This document shows, in pieces, positions 48,581 through 60,071 of a stretch of DNA of 64,000 nucleotides. Position numbers and translations under genes: made by a program. Within the stretch, counting starts at the first letter, position 1, and every line of letters starts with the position of its first letter. Under the pieces are notes generated by a model. That model was given only the letters and a program-made list of their open reading frames with translations, was not told the DNA's origin and ran no database searches. This DNA comes from Macrostomum lignano. Its lineage: Eukaryota. The stretch is from NCBI GenBank assembly GCA_002269645.1, contig NIVC01000640.1, forward strand, positions 248,001 to 312,000, read 5' to 3'.

Positions 48581-50807
48581 CATACATGCGCAACTTCTGA
48601 AATTACGCTGGCCGTGCGACTTAGTTTTCGATAAAAAATGCGACTTACCTATGAAAGAGCCAAGCAAAAACTTTAGGTAAACGGCAGGAGTAACTATGAC
48701 CATATTTTTAAAGCTAAATGCCTCGCCAGCTAATTAGTGCTGCGTGCAGATTCCGCGTTTTTATAACAGCTAATCAGTATGTCATCTAGTGGCAGCATGA
48801 AGCAATTAGTAAATTGTCAGTACAGTGTAGTGAGCATACTACAAAAGTCATGATTCATGAATGTCCAGAAGTAAGTGAAGTGAATACAGTGTGACCTATA
48901 GCTCAAGAACGATTTGCTAGACGATTTGGCATGGAAGATGAGAGCCCTGATTTAGATGGCTCATCAGATGCAGAATACGAATCCAGTAGAGATACAAGCT
49001 GTGAAAACCCACAGATTTTTAAGCCACTGAATTCTAATTCCCGGAACTATTTTTGCATAGATTCTAAATTTGAAGTCATGCTCAAACAAAAACTTGTTAA
49101 CAGTTAGGAAAAAGGCAAAGATGGGAGTAATGCATGTTAAACTAAGATTTGAGGCCTTTGCAAATTCTCTCCATTCCTCAATCGTCTCATCCTCTTTTTC
49201 TTTTCTCTCTCATCCCTTATCCCTTTTCTCTTTCCTCTCCTCTCTCCTCTCGTCTCTCCATTCCACTCTACTCTCTCATCTTATCTTCCCTCTCGTCTCT
49301 CTCCACTCTACTCTCTCATCTTATCTCTCCTCTCTTTTCTACTCTCTCATCTCTCCTCTCTTCACTCTCCTCTCTTCACTCTCCTCTCATCTCCTCTTTA
49401 TCCTCTCTTCTCTCATCTACTCTCTCCTCTTTCCTCTTTCCTCTCTTCTGATCTCATCCATCATCTTTTCTTTCCTCTTTCCTCTAATCTCCTCTTCTCT
49501 CTCATCTCTTTTTCCTCCCTCAGCTTTTCTCTCCTCTTCTATCTTTTCTCCCATCGCATCGCTCGCCTCTCCTCTGTTTGCTTATCTCTAATCTTCTATT
49601 CCCTCTACTTTGAAGTAAGAAAATATGCACATATTTTTGCTGAAGATAAGAGGAGAGAAGAGGGCATTGAGGAGAAAGGGTAGAGAGAAAGGGGGAGAAG
49701 AGAGGAGAGTAAAAATGAGAGGAGAGAGAAGAGGGAAAAGGGGGAGAGAGAGAAGAGGGGAGGCAAGGTAGAGAAGAAGAGAGAGATGAGAGTTGAAGAG
49801 ACACCAACCTTGCTACTCGTAGTTAGGAAGTTTCAAAGAACCCGAGGGGCGAGGGCCAGATAGAGGGGCTTCGCGAGCCGGAGTTTGCCAACCCCTGCTC
49901 CAGAGTTTAAGAAATCAATGGGAAACTGTTGACGCGGGCTTCTGATTTCAAAGATCTTGTCTGTGGTTGAAGGCTTCTATTCTGTTTTTGCTCTCCTGCC
50001 ACACTTGCACCTACTACCCCTGATTGCCTCTGATTGTGACTTACTTCCCTCTTATTGCAACTTAGTTGCTTCTTTTTGCGACTTACCTAATCCTTTTTGC
50101 GACTTACCTAATCCTTTTTGCAACTTACATAATCCTTTTGCGACTTACCTAATCCTTTTTGCGACTTACCTAATCCTTTTTGCGACTTACCTAACCCTTT
50201 TGCGACTTAGCTGATCCTTTTGCGACTTACCTAATCCTTTTGCGACTTACCTAACCCTTTTGCGACTTACCTAATCCTTTTGCGACTTAGCTGATCCTTT
50301 TGCGACTTACCTAATCCTTTTGCGACTTAGCTGATCCTTTTGCGACTTACCTAATCCTTTTGCGACTTACCTAACCCTTTTGCGACTTACCTAATCCTTT
50401 TGCGACTTACCTAACCCTTTTGCGACTTACCTAACCCTTTTGCGACTTACCTAATCCTTTTGCGACTTACCTAATCCTTTTGCGACTTAGCTGATCCTTT
50501 TGCGACTTACCTAACCCTTTTGCGACTTACCTGATTCTTTTTGCGACTTACCTAATCCTTTTGCGACTTACCTAATCCTTTTGCGACTTACCTGATCCTT
50601 TTTGCGACTTAGTTTGCTTCTTTTGCGAATTGTTTTTCTTTTGCTTCACCATTTTCCCTGAACTGCTCTTTCTTTTGCTTTCCTCTTGCCTTTCTTGGTT
50701 CTTGTGTTTTTTTGTTTTTGGTTGACTCAATTTTGCGACTTACCCCTGGTCAGCCACGATTTACGGTGGCCGGATCGGCCAGGTCGGCCAGCAGTTGCGC
50801 ATGTATG
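48581..50807 (+). mobile_element. Expanded CATACATGCGCAAC-family element (~2.2 kb) with an internal CT-rich insert and a 20-bp satellite
   Basis: Both 14-bp TIRs present; perfect TSD tatctggg. Confidence 0.85.
50035..50625. repeat. 20-21 bp satellite TTTTGCGACTTACCTAATCC, about 28 copies, inside the MITE
   Basis: Direct repetition; the core GCGACTTA equals the MITE's internal motif. Confidence 0.95.
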
Positions 50808-52077
50808 TATCTGGGGGATGCTTGCTATCTGGGGGATGCTTGCTATTTGGGGGATGCTTGCTATCTGGGGCATGCTTGCTATCTGGGGGATGCTTGCTAT
50901 CTAGGGGATGCTTGCAATCTGGGGGATGCTTGCTTTCTGGGGGATGCTTGCTATTTGGGGGATGCTATCTATCTGGGGGATGCTTGCTATCTGGGGGATG
51001 CTTGCTATCTGGGGCATGCTTGCTATCTGGGGGATGCTTGCTATCTAGGGGATGCTTGCAATCTGGGGGATGCTTGCTTTCTGGGGGATGCTTGCTATTT
51101 GTGGGATGCTATCTATCTGGGGGATGCTTGCTATCTGGGGGATGCTTGCTATCTGGGGGATGCTTGCTATCTGGGGGATGCTTGCTATCTGGGGGATGCT
51201 TGCTATCTGGGGCATGCTTGCTATCCGGGGGATGCTTGCAATCTGGGGGATGCTTGCTTTCTGGGGGATGCTTGCTGTCTTGGGATGATTTCTTTTTGCA
51301 TTGCACTTAATTTAAGTATTTTGTCTGTTTTCTTTGTGAATGCTTTATTTGACTATCTTTTTGTTACTTGTAGAGAGCAGAGATTCTATACAGATGTCCC
51401 CCAACGGGGGGCGAAGATTGCTAGTATATATTCTAATTTCAAGACAACCCAAGCTATCCCTATAGTTTTCCACCTAGAAAAGAATAATTATAGGGAGCTT
51501 AATACATGCCTATTAGGTAGGCATTAGCAGTCATATATAATAATAGTGATAAGAATTAAACCTATCTAACAATCATATTTATTCAAGCAATTATATATAG
51601 TTTAAAGGGTAAATTTTATAGCTATCAATGGATTATAGTCACTTTGGTAACAGGCAAAAGTCATTTCAATGACAAGAAAATACATTTTTGGTGATAGCCA
51701 ATGTTGTTGCAGACATGAATAGAAAACTTTCTTGCCAATTTTAAACAAATAAAACCAAAATTTCAGAGGTTTGCTAAAATAGTCAAGTATTGTTTCATTT
51801 AATTTTATCTTTATTTATTTATTATCATAGGATTATAAACTTTTTTGATTAGTCTGTTTTTATATACTAGAAATTTTTTCCATGTCTTTCTGGATAAGGA
51901 TCTTCTATGTTTATATATTTAAATGATCTGCAAAAAAATAAAACCAATTGATTTGATTTTTCCAAAAGTTAATATTTTTCCCTTAATATATTTATCTCTT
52001 AAAAGAAAGTTTTAAAATATATAAAATTTAAATATTAACAAAATAACTACAATTGATATTATTAAGTGTTTCCAATC

Positions 52078-52376
52078 CATACATGCGCAACCTCCAAAAT
52101 TCGGTCGGCCATGCGACTTAGTTTTAACAAAAATGCGACGTAGTTTTTGGCCAAAAATGCGACTTACATGTAAAAAAAACCCTAAAGCAAAATTAACGCA
52201 ACTTTAGGTAAACGGCAGGAGTAACTATAACTGTGTTATTAATCCAAAATGCCTCGTCAGCTACTTAGTACTACTATTTGGTTATTTTTTCGGGTGGGCA
52301 TTTTTGCGACTTCCTTGGTTGGCCACCAAATCGGTCGGCCGGATCGGCCGACTCGGCCGACTGTTGCGCATGTATG
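52078..52376 (+). mobile_element. CATACATGCGCAAC-TIR MITE, near-identical to the 39373 copy
   Basis: 14-bp TIR; perfect TSD ttccaatc. Confidence 0.92.
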
Positions 52377-52887
52377 TTCCAATCATTAAAATCCCCACTT
52401 ACTAAATTTTCTATTTTAACTAAAGGCAAAATATCATAGAAGCAACTTGTAACCAAAACTATTACTTGTCATAGAAATGTCTATTGCTAAAATGACATGC
52501 ATTCCTATTAATTACTAAATGACTTTGAGTGTTTTAAGATACAATGACCAAAAATATTGTTTTAATAATTTTCAAGCAAAATTGATATAGTATTAAGACT
52601 ATGATTATTACAAATTAGGGATTGATAATTATAAATATAGCATATGGGTGCATTTTATACTAGGCTTTTTTATATATTAGGAGACTATATCTAACTTTAC
52701 TTAAAAATATTTTTTTGTTCTTTATATAAGACATTATACAAATAAAAGTCATTAGTTTCGTTTTTTTAGTTTAACTATTTAAACTATTTTTTATTTAACC
52801 TTGTCAACTCACTAGTATAGTAGAAACAAATAAATTGACAATTTAAAGCTTTGCATAAGGTAATGTATATAATATACATTGGTATAT

Positions 52888-53610
52888 GCCATGCTTGGGC
52901 ACAACCTTGGGATTCACTTGGCTGTTTCTATTGGCAACACACATGTATATTGCTATTGGACAGAATAGTAATCACATGACTGCTCTCAGCCAATAGCGAC
53001 TTACATATGTGTGTTGCCAAGGTCTGGATTGTGTAGTAGTGTACACCAGAACAAGAATCCTATCTTAGGTAAATGTACACCAGTGTATGCCAAAAACAAA
53101 AAAATTCCTGAAATAATACACCAAAAGTTCCTTCTAAAAAGGTTATTTGGTTTTCACAAGTAGAGTTTTCTAAGAAAGGTTTTTATACAAAAAGTGTTTT
53201 TAAATATTACAAATATTTTCATTATAAACAAACTTAAATTAAACCTATAGAAATAATAATGCAAAATTCTTAGCAAATTTCTTAGTAATCATTTACACTA
53301 ATTTTATTTATTGTTAATTTTCAAGAAGCAAAAAGTTTATCACTGACTTTCTAGACTATACAAATTTTCCTTTATTTTATGTAAAAGGTTAATTTATATT
53401 ACAACATTCATGCATGGTATGAATTTACGAATATTTATCAAAATTAGTATGCCAAAAAAATTGCATGAATTTGTATACCACAATTTGTACACCAACTTTG
53501 AAAGAGGTCATTTGTATGCCAGAAAATTCTGGCATATATATAACCTTCTAGAGTCTGGGTGTGTTGCCAATAGAGACAGCCAGGTGATTCATAATATTGT
53601 GCATGTAAGG
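52888..53610. mobile_element. Decayed CATGCTTGGG-family MITE interrupted by a ~540-bp A+B- element
   Basis: Homology to 27499-27670 stops at gtgtgttgccaa (~53020) and resumes at the same motif (~53560). Confidence 0.7.
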
Positions 53611-53724
53611 TATATACCAAAAAATAGGTTGTTTTTTCTAGGGTATATTACATAGAGAATGTTCTGAACTATGCTATAGTATGGCTAATGCTAGCCATAC
53701 TGGCATACTCTAGATCATATAATA

Positions 53725-54000
53725 CATACATGCGCAACCCCCCTGATTTACACTGGCCATACGACTTACTTTTTGACCAAAAATGTGACTTACCTGTGAA
53801 AGAAACCCTAACGCAATTTTGGGTAAATGGCAGGGCAGGAGTAACTATGACTGTCTTATAATATAAGGGCTAAATGCCTCATCATCCAATTAGTACTACG
53901 TCTGTATTCTTTAGGCTGGGCATTTTTGCAACTTACCCTTTGTCCACCACAATTTACGGTGGCCAGATTGGCTAGGTTGGCCAGCAGTTGCGCATGTATG
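53725..54000 (+). mobile_element. CATACATGCGCAAC-TIR MITE (divergent subfamily)
   Basis: 14-bp TIR; perfect TSD atataata. Confidence 0.9.
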
Positions 54001-55252
54001 ATATAATATATACCCAAAAATTTAGGTATGCATTGGCCTAATATACCAAAAGTTAAACATGCATAGTTAAATTAGCATATATTAATTTTAAGAAAATAGT
54101 GTGCATGTTGCATGTATACCTAGGCTAGTATGCACTTTATAGAAATCACACAGAAGAGTTAGTGTTAAGTATATAAAAGATGGAGAAGTTCATTTTTTAA
54201 ATGTAATATGTAACTTTCAGGTTTTCTAGTATAGAAATCTTTTAAAAGTAGCAGTATTCTTACTTAAAATAGTTTATAAGTCCCAGTTTAATTTCCTGGA
54301 ATAAAAACAATTTAACAAATGCCAATGGAACTTAATACTTCTTAACATCACTAGACTAAGCTAAGCTAGTATACAGATATAGATTGGCACCTATGACTAT
54401 GAATATGATATATCAATCAATTTTAGAGATAGATTTAGATATTAGAGATTAAAAGTATTATTAATATATCGATTTAATAAAATTATCGATGACAATTAAG
54501 ATGGCAAAACTGTAGGCCTACTCTTAGGTTTTGTAATATGTCAAGCAGTCTAGCACTTTTTCATTTAAATCATAGCAAACAAAACTCAAAAAATCCAAAA
54601 AGGGTTTTTTCAAGGCAAAGGGATGTTCTAGCCATTCAAATATTATCAAGCTTTCTATGAATAATGTCTTGACTTAAGCCGAGAAGCTGCATCTCGTCTT
54701 GTAGGCCTAAGCATTACTCGTTTCTTGACGAGACTTCTTGACAATCTCTTGACTTTGAGAGTGGTAGAAAATCTAAAAATGAGAAGTATAATAAACCGTC
54801 CATTTTTTGCTATAAAATAAAATGCAAAATTAATTATACCGCAATCAAATTCTCGCAGTTACACCAAATGATGCAATCCGAAGCTGTATTGCATAAAAAA
54901 TTTCTCTTGGTCCTTGAACTGTCTGTGGTCAACTTTAAAACTCGCATTTTTCGTTTAAAAAGTACAAGATAAAACAAAAATTGATACATTGAAGGAAATA
55001 TTGAGCCTTTTATCTATTAGTATATCTCGTTTATTTTAATACACCTCTAGAGAAATATATTTCAGATTTTTCTAAGAGTTAATAATCGCGATTTACGATG
55101 CATATATGACGAAATTGCATTTACGTTTCCTCGGGTGGTGGATTAAAAGAAATCTATAATTTTTCGAAGTTTCTCAAAATTTTTGTCTGTGTTTTTTTTG
55201 CAAATAAAATGTACATGTATATTTCGAAGTAAAATGCATTTATACGTTGCAA

Positions 55253-55726
55253 CCCCAGATGCCCGGATTGCGCAGGAATCGCGACTGCAGATTGCAATCT
55301 GCTTGCAATTATTGACTTAATTGCAAGCCACTTACTGCCTATTGTGAATATTGCAAGTCATTTGCGCAAGCTAATTGCAAGCTTTATAATTATAAATGTA
55401 CTCTACTATCATTACTAATAGTAGAATAAAATGTAAATTTACTTAGAAAAATTGTCACTCACTTCATTTCTTTATTTCTTCCTTTTATAAATAAATGTGT
55501 TGTTTAGATGCACATTAAATTGTAAAAAATCATGACTATGCTAAAATCATTCTAATATCTTATTAAAGTAACTTTTCAAAGTAATATTGTGATAATTGCA
55601 ATTCACTTGTAAGCCACCAATTGCAAAAATTACAATTCACTTGCAAGCAATTGTTCAATACGTGCGCAAGATCTGCACGCCAACTTGCAATCAAGTCCCA
55701 ATTATCGCAATTTCGGTCGCCTTGGG
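55253..55726. mobile_element. Possible CMC-like MITE with CCCAG/CTTGGG ends and many TTGCAA subterminal motifs
   Basis: Imperfect terminal inverted similarity; motif clusters near both ends. Confidence 0.4.
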
Positions 55727-56039
55727 CCTATTCAGAATGTTTATTGCTCTAAATGCCATTACAGCATATGTTGCTTAGACAACTTTGATAACGACGACAA
55801 TGAGATATCGAAAAGGTAAATAAACCATCGCTGCATACAATTAAAGTTTTAATTTATATATACAGAACTCCGTGTTGATAAGCGACGAACTGAATGCATT
55901 TGAGCTGACAAAAGATTCTGATTATTGTACAATGAAATGGGGTATATTTTACCTTAGAGGCTCTATTTGTTAATAAGGATGCACCGTGCATGTATATATA
56001 AATGCCCATAGGTGTTAGACCAACAAAATAAAAGTATAA

Positions 56040-56432
56040 AAAATAAAAAAAAAATAGTTTTACATGTCCACATCTTTCGATGCGCCGAAAATTTTCAATT
56101 TCTGCATGCTTGCTTTTTGTGGGATGCTTGCGATCTGGGGATGCTTTCTATTGAGGGGGAATGTCCACAGAATATACTCTAACTACTACTCGATATGTAC
56201 TGCTCTGTATATTCTGTGGGGAATGCCTGTTATCTTTGTGAAGGCTTTATTTCGATTCTAGTAAACATCTTTATTTGTCTCTGTGACAATTTTACCCGAA
56301 TGAGGTGATTTATTATAAAACTAAAGAGGAGGGATTGGTTCTTAAGAATTGGTGCTTTTTTAATGGATTTGCATGAAGAATTTTTCTCCTTGCTTATTTG
56401 GGCGCCCCGAAGGAGGGCACTAGATTGCTAGT
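56040..56432 (+). mobile_element. 3' fragment of a Helitron related to 47285-51424
   Basis: Two or three degenerate GGGATGCTTGC units, similarity to 51290-51350, GC-rich hairpin GCCCCGAAGGAGGGC then CTAG|T. Confidence 0.5.
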
Positions 56433-56814
56433 TATACTTTAAAATCGTCAGCAGAAGGCATGGCGCGTCGCCACCGGGGGAGGGGGGACGGACAGGGGGA
56501 ACATACCCCTGGATATGTCCCCCTGATAGTAAAAGCTATGGGGGGACATGCCAATGCTTTTGTCCCCCCCCCACCCCACCAATTGTGACCCGAATTGTGA
56601 TAATCAATAATTTTTCTTCGCCTTAAAATAGCGCGAAGAAAATATGGCGCCTTCGGCGCCAAAATGAGTGCCTGCGGCGCTAAAATGAGTGCCTGCGGCG
56701 CTAAAATGAGTGCCTGTGGCGCTAAAATGAGTGCCTGCGGCGCTAAAATGAGTGCCTGCGGCGCCAAAATAAGCGTTGACAACACGATTCTCAAAGTAAT
56801 TGAAACGTAGGAAT

Positions 56815-58080
56815 CAGGGACAACTAAAACTACCGGGACGCGAAACAAGCCAAATCATGGTGAAAAAAGTTGGGGGCTCGTTTGAAAGCAGTGTTCTATG
56901 GCCGTTCCAACTACAACTCTTCAGTCTAAAAAGGTGTGAGGGCAAATAAAAAGCCCTCAACTCTTGTGCGACTGTGAAAAATGTCGAGAAAGTGCAGCGT
57001 CTTTAACTGCAGATCAAACTATAACTCAGAAGAAAGCCGAACAACGATATTTGCTCTTCCTTGCGATGCACGAGAACGGAGCGTTGGAGACAAACCCTAC
57101 CAAATATTTTTGAGGTAAGAAGGATGTTAATTTTAAGCGATCATACGCTGGTATGCGTGGATGAATTTATTACAAACTAATTGTTAAAAATAACCACTGC
57201 GATAAATTTACCTTTCTAGAAAGTGACTGAGCACATGGACATATTCCAAAAGCACTGGCCAAGTGACACCCCATGTTAAAGAATGGTCGACATGAAAGAC
57301 CGAAAGATCCGCCTTCCGTCTTCCCTGGCTTTCTCCGTCGTTCGCGCATTCATTATGCATACGCCAGTTTTGATTCGAGACTTGCAACAATTGGCAAACT
57401 GAATCCAATGGAACCTTAACTATTCAACCGCCAGGTGCAGACAGTTATATCGGCCAAATGGATGGACGTGATCCGACTGTACAAATCAGAAGAATATCAC
57501 GTTGTCAAACGAACGGAATTAACCCACGAAGCTTGCTATCCTTCAGTTCAAGTATACAGAAAAACGAAGGTAACACTCGCTCTCCAAGTCTTCAATGAAA
57601 AGGTTGTTGCAGCACCGAAGTGCGACGGCTTTTAAACTTTTTTCTCTTGTGCTTATCTCACATGCTTAAATATATGTAATTTTCGCTTAGTACCCCAGTT
57701 TTTCCGATACAGTATACAGGTCCCCGTAAGTTCCTCCTCAAATAAGTTATGTTCAGTTCCGTTCCACGATACATACACCATGCTAAGTTTAAACCTTTTC
57801 TTAGTGAATATCTCGCGTGTCTAATTGTATGTCATTGTGCTCTGTACGGCGTTTTTTAGTACTCAAAGAAACAAAGAACATATTTAAAACTGAATAAAAA
57901 CCTTTTAGACAACTTACTGAACCTTTTAAGCAAAAATAATACTGTGGCCTTAGTCTTTTTAGCAGCTAAGCTAAGCATTTAATGCATGAGAAATCGGGCG
58001 CCCATAGACTCAAACGAGCCCCCAACTTTGTTCGCCATGATTTGGCTTGTTTCGCGTCCCGGTAGTTTAAGTTGTCCCTG
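56815..58080 (+). mobile_element. Internally deleted P-element (THAP9-like) transposon relic, nested in a larger MITE-like element (~56459-58153)
   Basis: ~70-bp TIRs starting CAGGGACAAC; perfect 8-bp TSD gtaggaat. Frameshifted THAP-like pieces (VFYGRSNY, IFALP, KHWP, RPKDPPSVF) and a P-transposase-like segment AKWMDVIRLYKSE...ELTHEACYP...VTLALQVFNEKVVAA. Confidence 0.75.
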
Positions 58081-58216
58081 GTAGGAATTTAGTCATGTAC
58101 ACGTTGAATTCTTGGCTTTGTCCCCCCACCATAAAATCCATGGCGACGCCTCTGACAAAAGGTATCGCGGAGACTGAAAGATTTAATAATTCGACAGTAC
58201 ATGTACATACGTAGGC

Positions 58217-59410
58217 CAACAACAACAACAAAATACGCTGTCAGGATGGCAAAAGTCAGCGTCACAGGGCGCGCTTCATGGCTTGGGCGCGAACAAAGGC
58301 CGCGCCACCGGCAGTGTCCGGGGCGCCGGCATCAGCCAGCAGACAGTCGACATAACGCTGAGTTCGCGCTTGACCTCGCCAGTAGGGTGCCTGCAGCGTG
58401 AGCAGCAGCACCTCCTGCACCGGCTGTGGGCAGTACGACTCGGCGCGGATGAGATGGCCTGCGAGCTGGAGTCGCCGACGGCGCAGTAGATCACTTGGAC
58501 GTGGCAGGCCAGCGCGGCGATAGAGTGCCGCGTTGTTGACTCGCTCGACGCCGATGTTGAAGGCGGCGCGCAGCAGGCCAGCGTGCGCCGCATCGACCTG
58601 CTGTTCGAGTGAGTCCGTCAGCGTCCAGGTCTCGACGTTGTACAGCAGGACGGTCTCAATTACCGCCTGGAACAGCGCCGCCCTCTGGCGGTCCGGTAGG
58701 GCCACGGACTGCAGGACTGCCCTCACAGAACGAAAGGCAGCCCAGGCAAGCCCGCGGCGGCGTCGCAGGTCTTCGCGAGCGTCTGGAACCAGACCGCCGA
58801 GGTAGACGAACTGCTGACATCGCGGGAGTTCGGTCGCCTGCCCGTCAGCGCCTCGGCAGAATATTGCAGCCTCGATGTCGTCCGGCACGCAGAGCACAAC
58901 GGTCTTCTGCGTGTTGACCACCAGGCCGACACTCGCCGCAACGGCAACTAGCCTGTCCAGCTGCCGTTGGGTGCCCTTGACGGTCGAGGACAGCAGGGCG
59001 AGGTCGTCGGCGTAGCCAAGCACGCTGAGCCGCTTCTCCGGTTGACGTTGACCCACGCGTCGCCGCAGCAGAAAACCGTCGTCGTCGGTAGGAAGAGCAG
59101 TCCGCAGCACTTAGTCAAGTACCAGGACGAACAGGAACGGCGCCAGCGTATCTCCCTGAAGTACTCCGGAGGATGTCTCAAAGGAGTCCGATAGGCCGTC
59201 CGGTGTTGTCACAGCAGCTGTCGTATCACGGTACATCGCCATGATGGCGGAGATCAGCTGCTTAGGCACGTTGTACGCGCGGAGCACCATTGGAAGCACG
59301 GCTCTGACAACCGAGTCGAATGCCTTCTTGAAATCAATAAAGATTAGAATCAGGATCGACTGGCGAATCCGCGCCTCCTCGATGACTCGGCGAAGAGCCA
59401 GGATCTGCGC
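58217..59410 (-). mobile_element. 5'-truncated non-LTR retrotransposon (RTE-like clade), reverse transcriptase fragment with one in-frame stop and a (TTG)n 3' tail
   Basis: FIDFKKAFDSV, GVLQGDTLAPFLF, YADDLALL, VNTQKT, FVYLG; TAA at 59111-59113. Confidence 0.92.
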
Positions 59411-60071
59411 CGCAATATATCATGCCCGTACAACATTAATTTCGACGTCCGCTGACGCGTACCCTACCTACCCGACGTCGATGGGCGTCGCCCAAAATGG
59501 CCGCCGAATTTTTACACTGTGCCGACAAATGACGTCTTATGTCGGCTAGACGTTAGTGCAAAGTATGTCAAAATACCATTTGCAAGTGAAATCGCGCGGA
59601 TAGACGTCGGAAATGTGGCCAACGTCGCCGACGTCGAATTGCTCTACGTGATGTGCACGTAGATTGTAGATGCATGTTTACCAGTGCAGTATACATGTGC
59701 AATTATGCATATACATCACGTACGTGCACATAAACAAGCTTTTGACTTGAGTTTGTCCGTTTTTAGATAGTATAAAACAAACGATCGTATCAGGTAGGTA
59801 GATTCTGGCGAATGCCAAACACAAGGAATAATCCAACATTAGTTTACATTTGCATTGCTTCGTTATTGTGTACGAACATGCAAGCTGCAGTAAAATTTGC
59901 GTGCAAGTTCACTGCAGGGTGATCTGTATTTAAATTACTCCCGCGTCCTGACCGTAAAAGTATTCACTGCTGTAAACTATAAAGCTCGTAGCATCATTAA
60001 AATACGCCTTTTCATAGAGAAAAGAGGCGGCTATATTTTTATAGGCTGCAGGCAGCATTAATCGATACGAT

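Larger units (their letters stand above)
48220..51285. repeat. 18-bp minisatellite GGGGATGCTTGCTATCTG in two blocks (48220-48580 and 50808-51285) split by a MITE insertion
   Basis: Direct repetition; junction duplication tatctggg on both sides of the insert. Confidence 0.95.
47285..51424 (+). mobile_element. Non-autonomous Helitron-like element containing minisatellites and an inserted MITE
   Basis: 5' A|TCTAATATACTAAA-type starts (also TCCTATATACTAAAA at 47352) followed by a (TATC)n tract. 3' hairpin CCCCCAACGGGGGG then CTAG|T at 51421-51425. Confidence 0.65.

Noticed and set aside
48169-51527. Cys-rich (GDACYL)n / (MLAIWG)n ORFs resembling antifreeze or keratin-associated proteins
   Set aside because: All frames of an 18-bp minisatellite that is interrupted by a MITE
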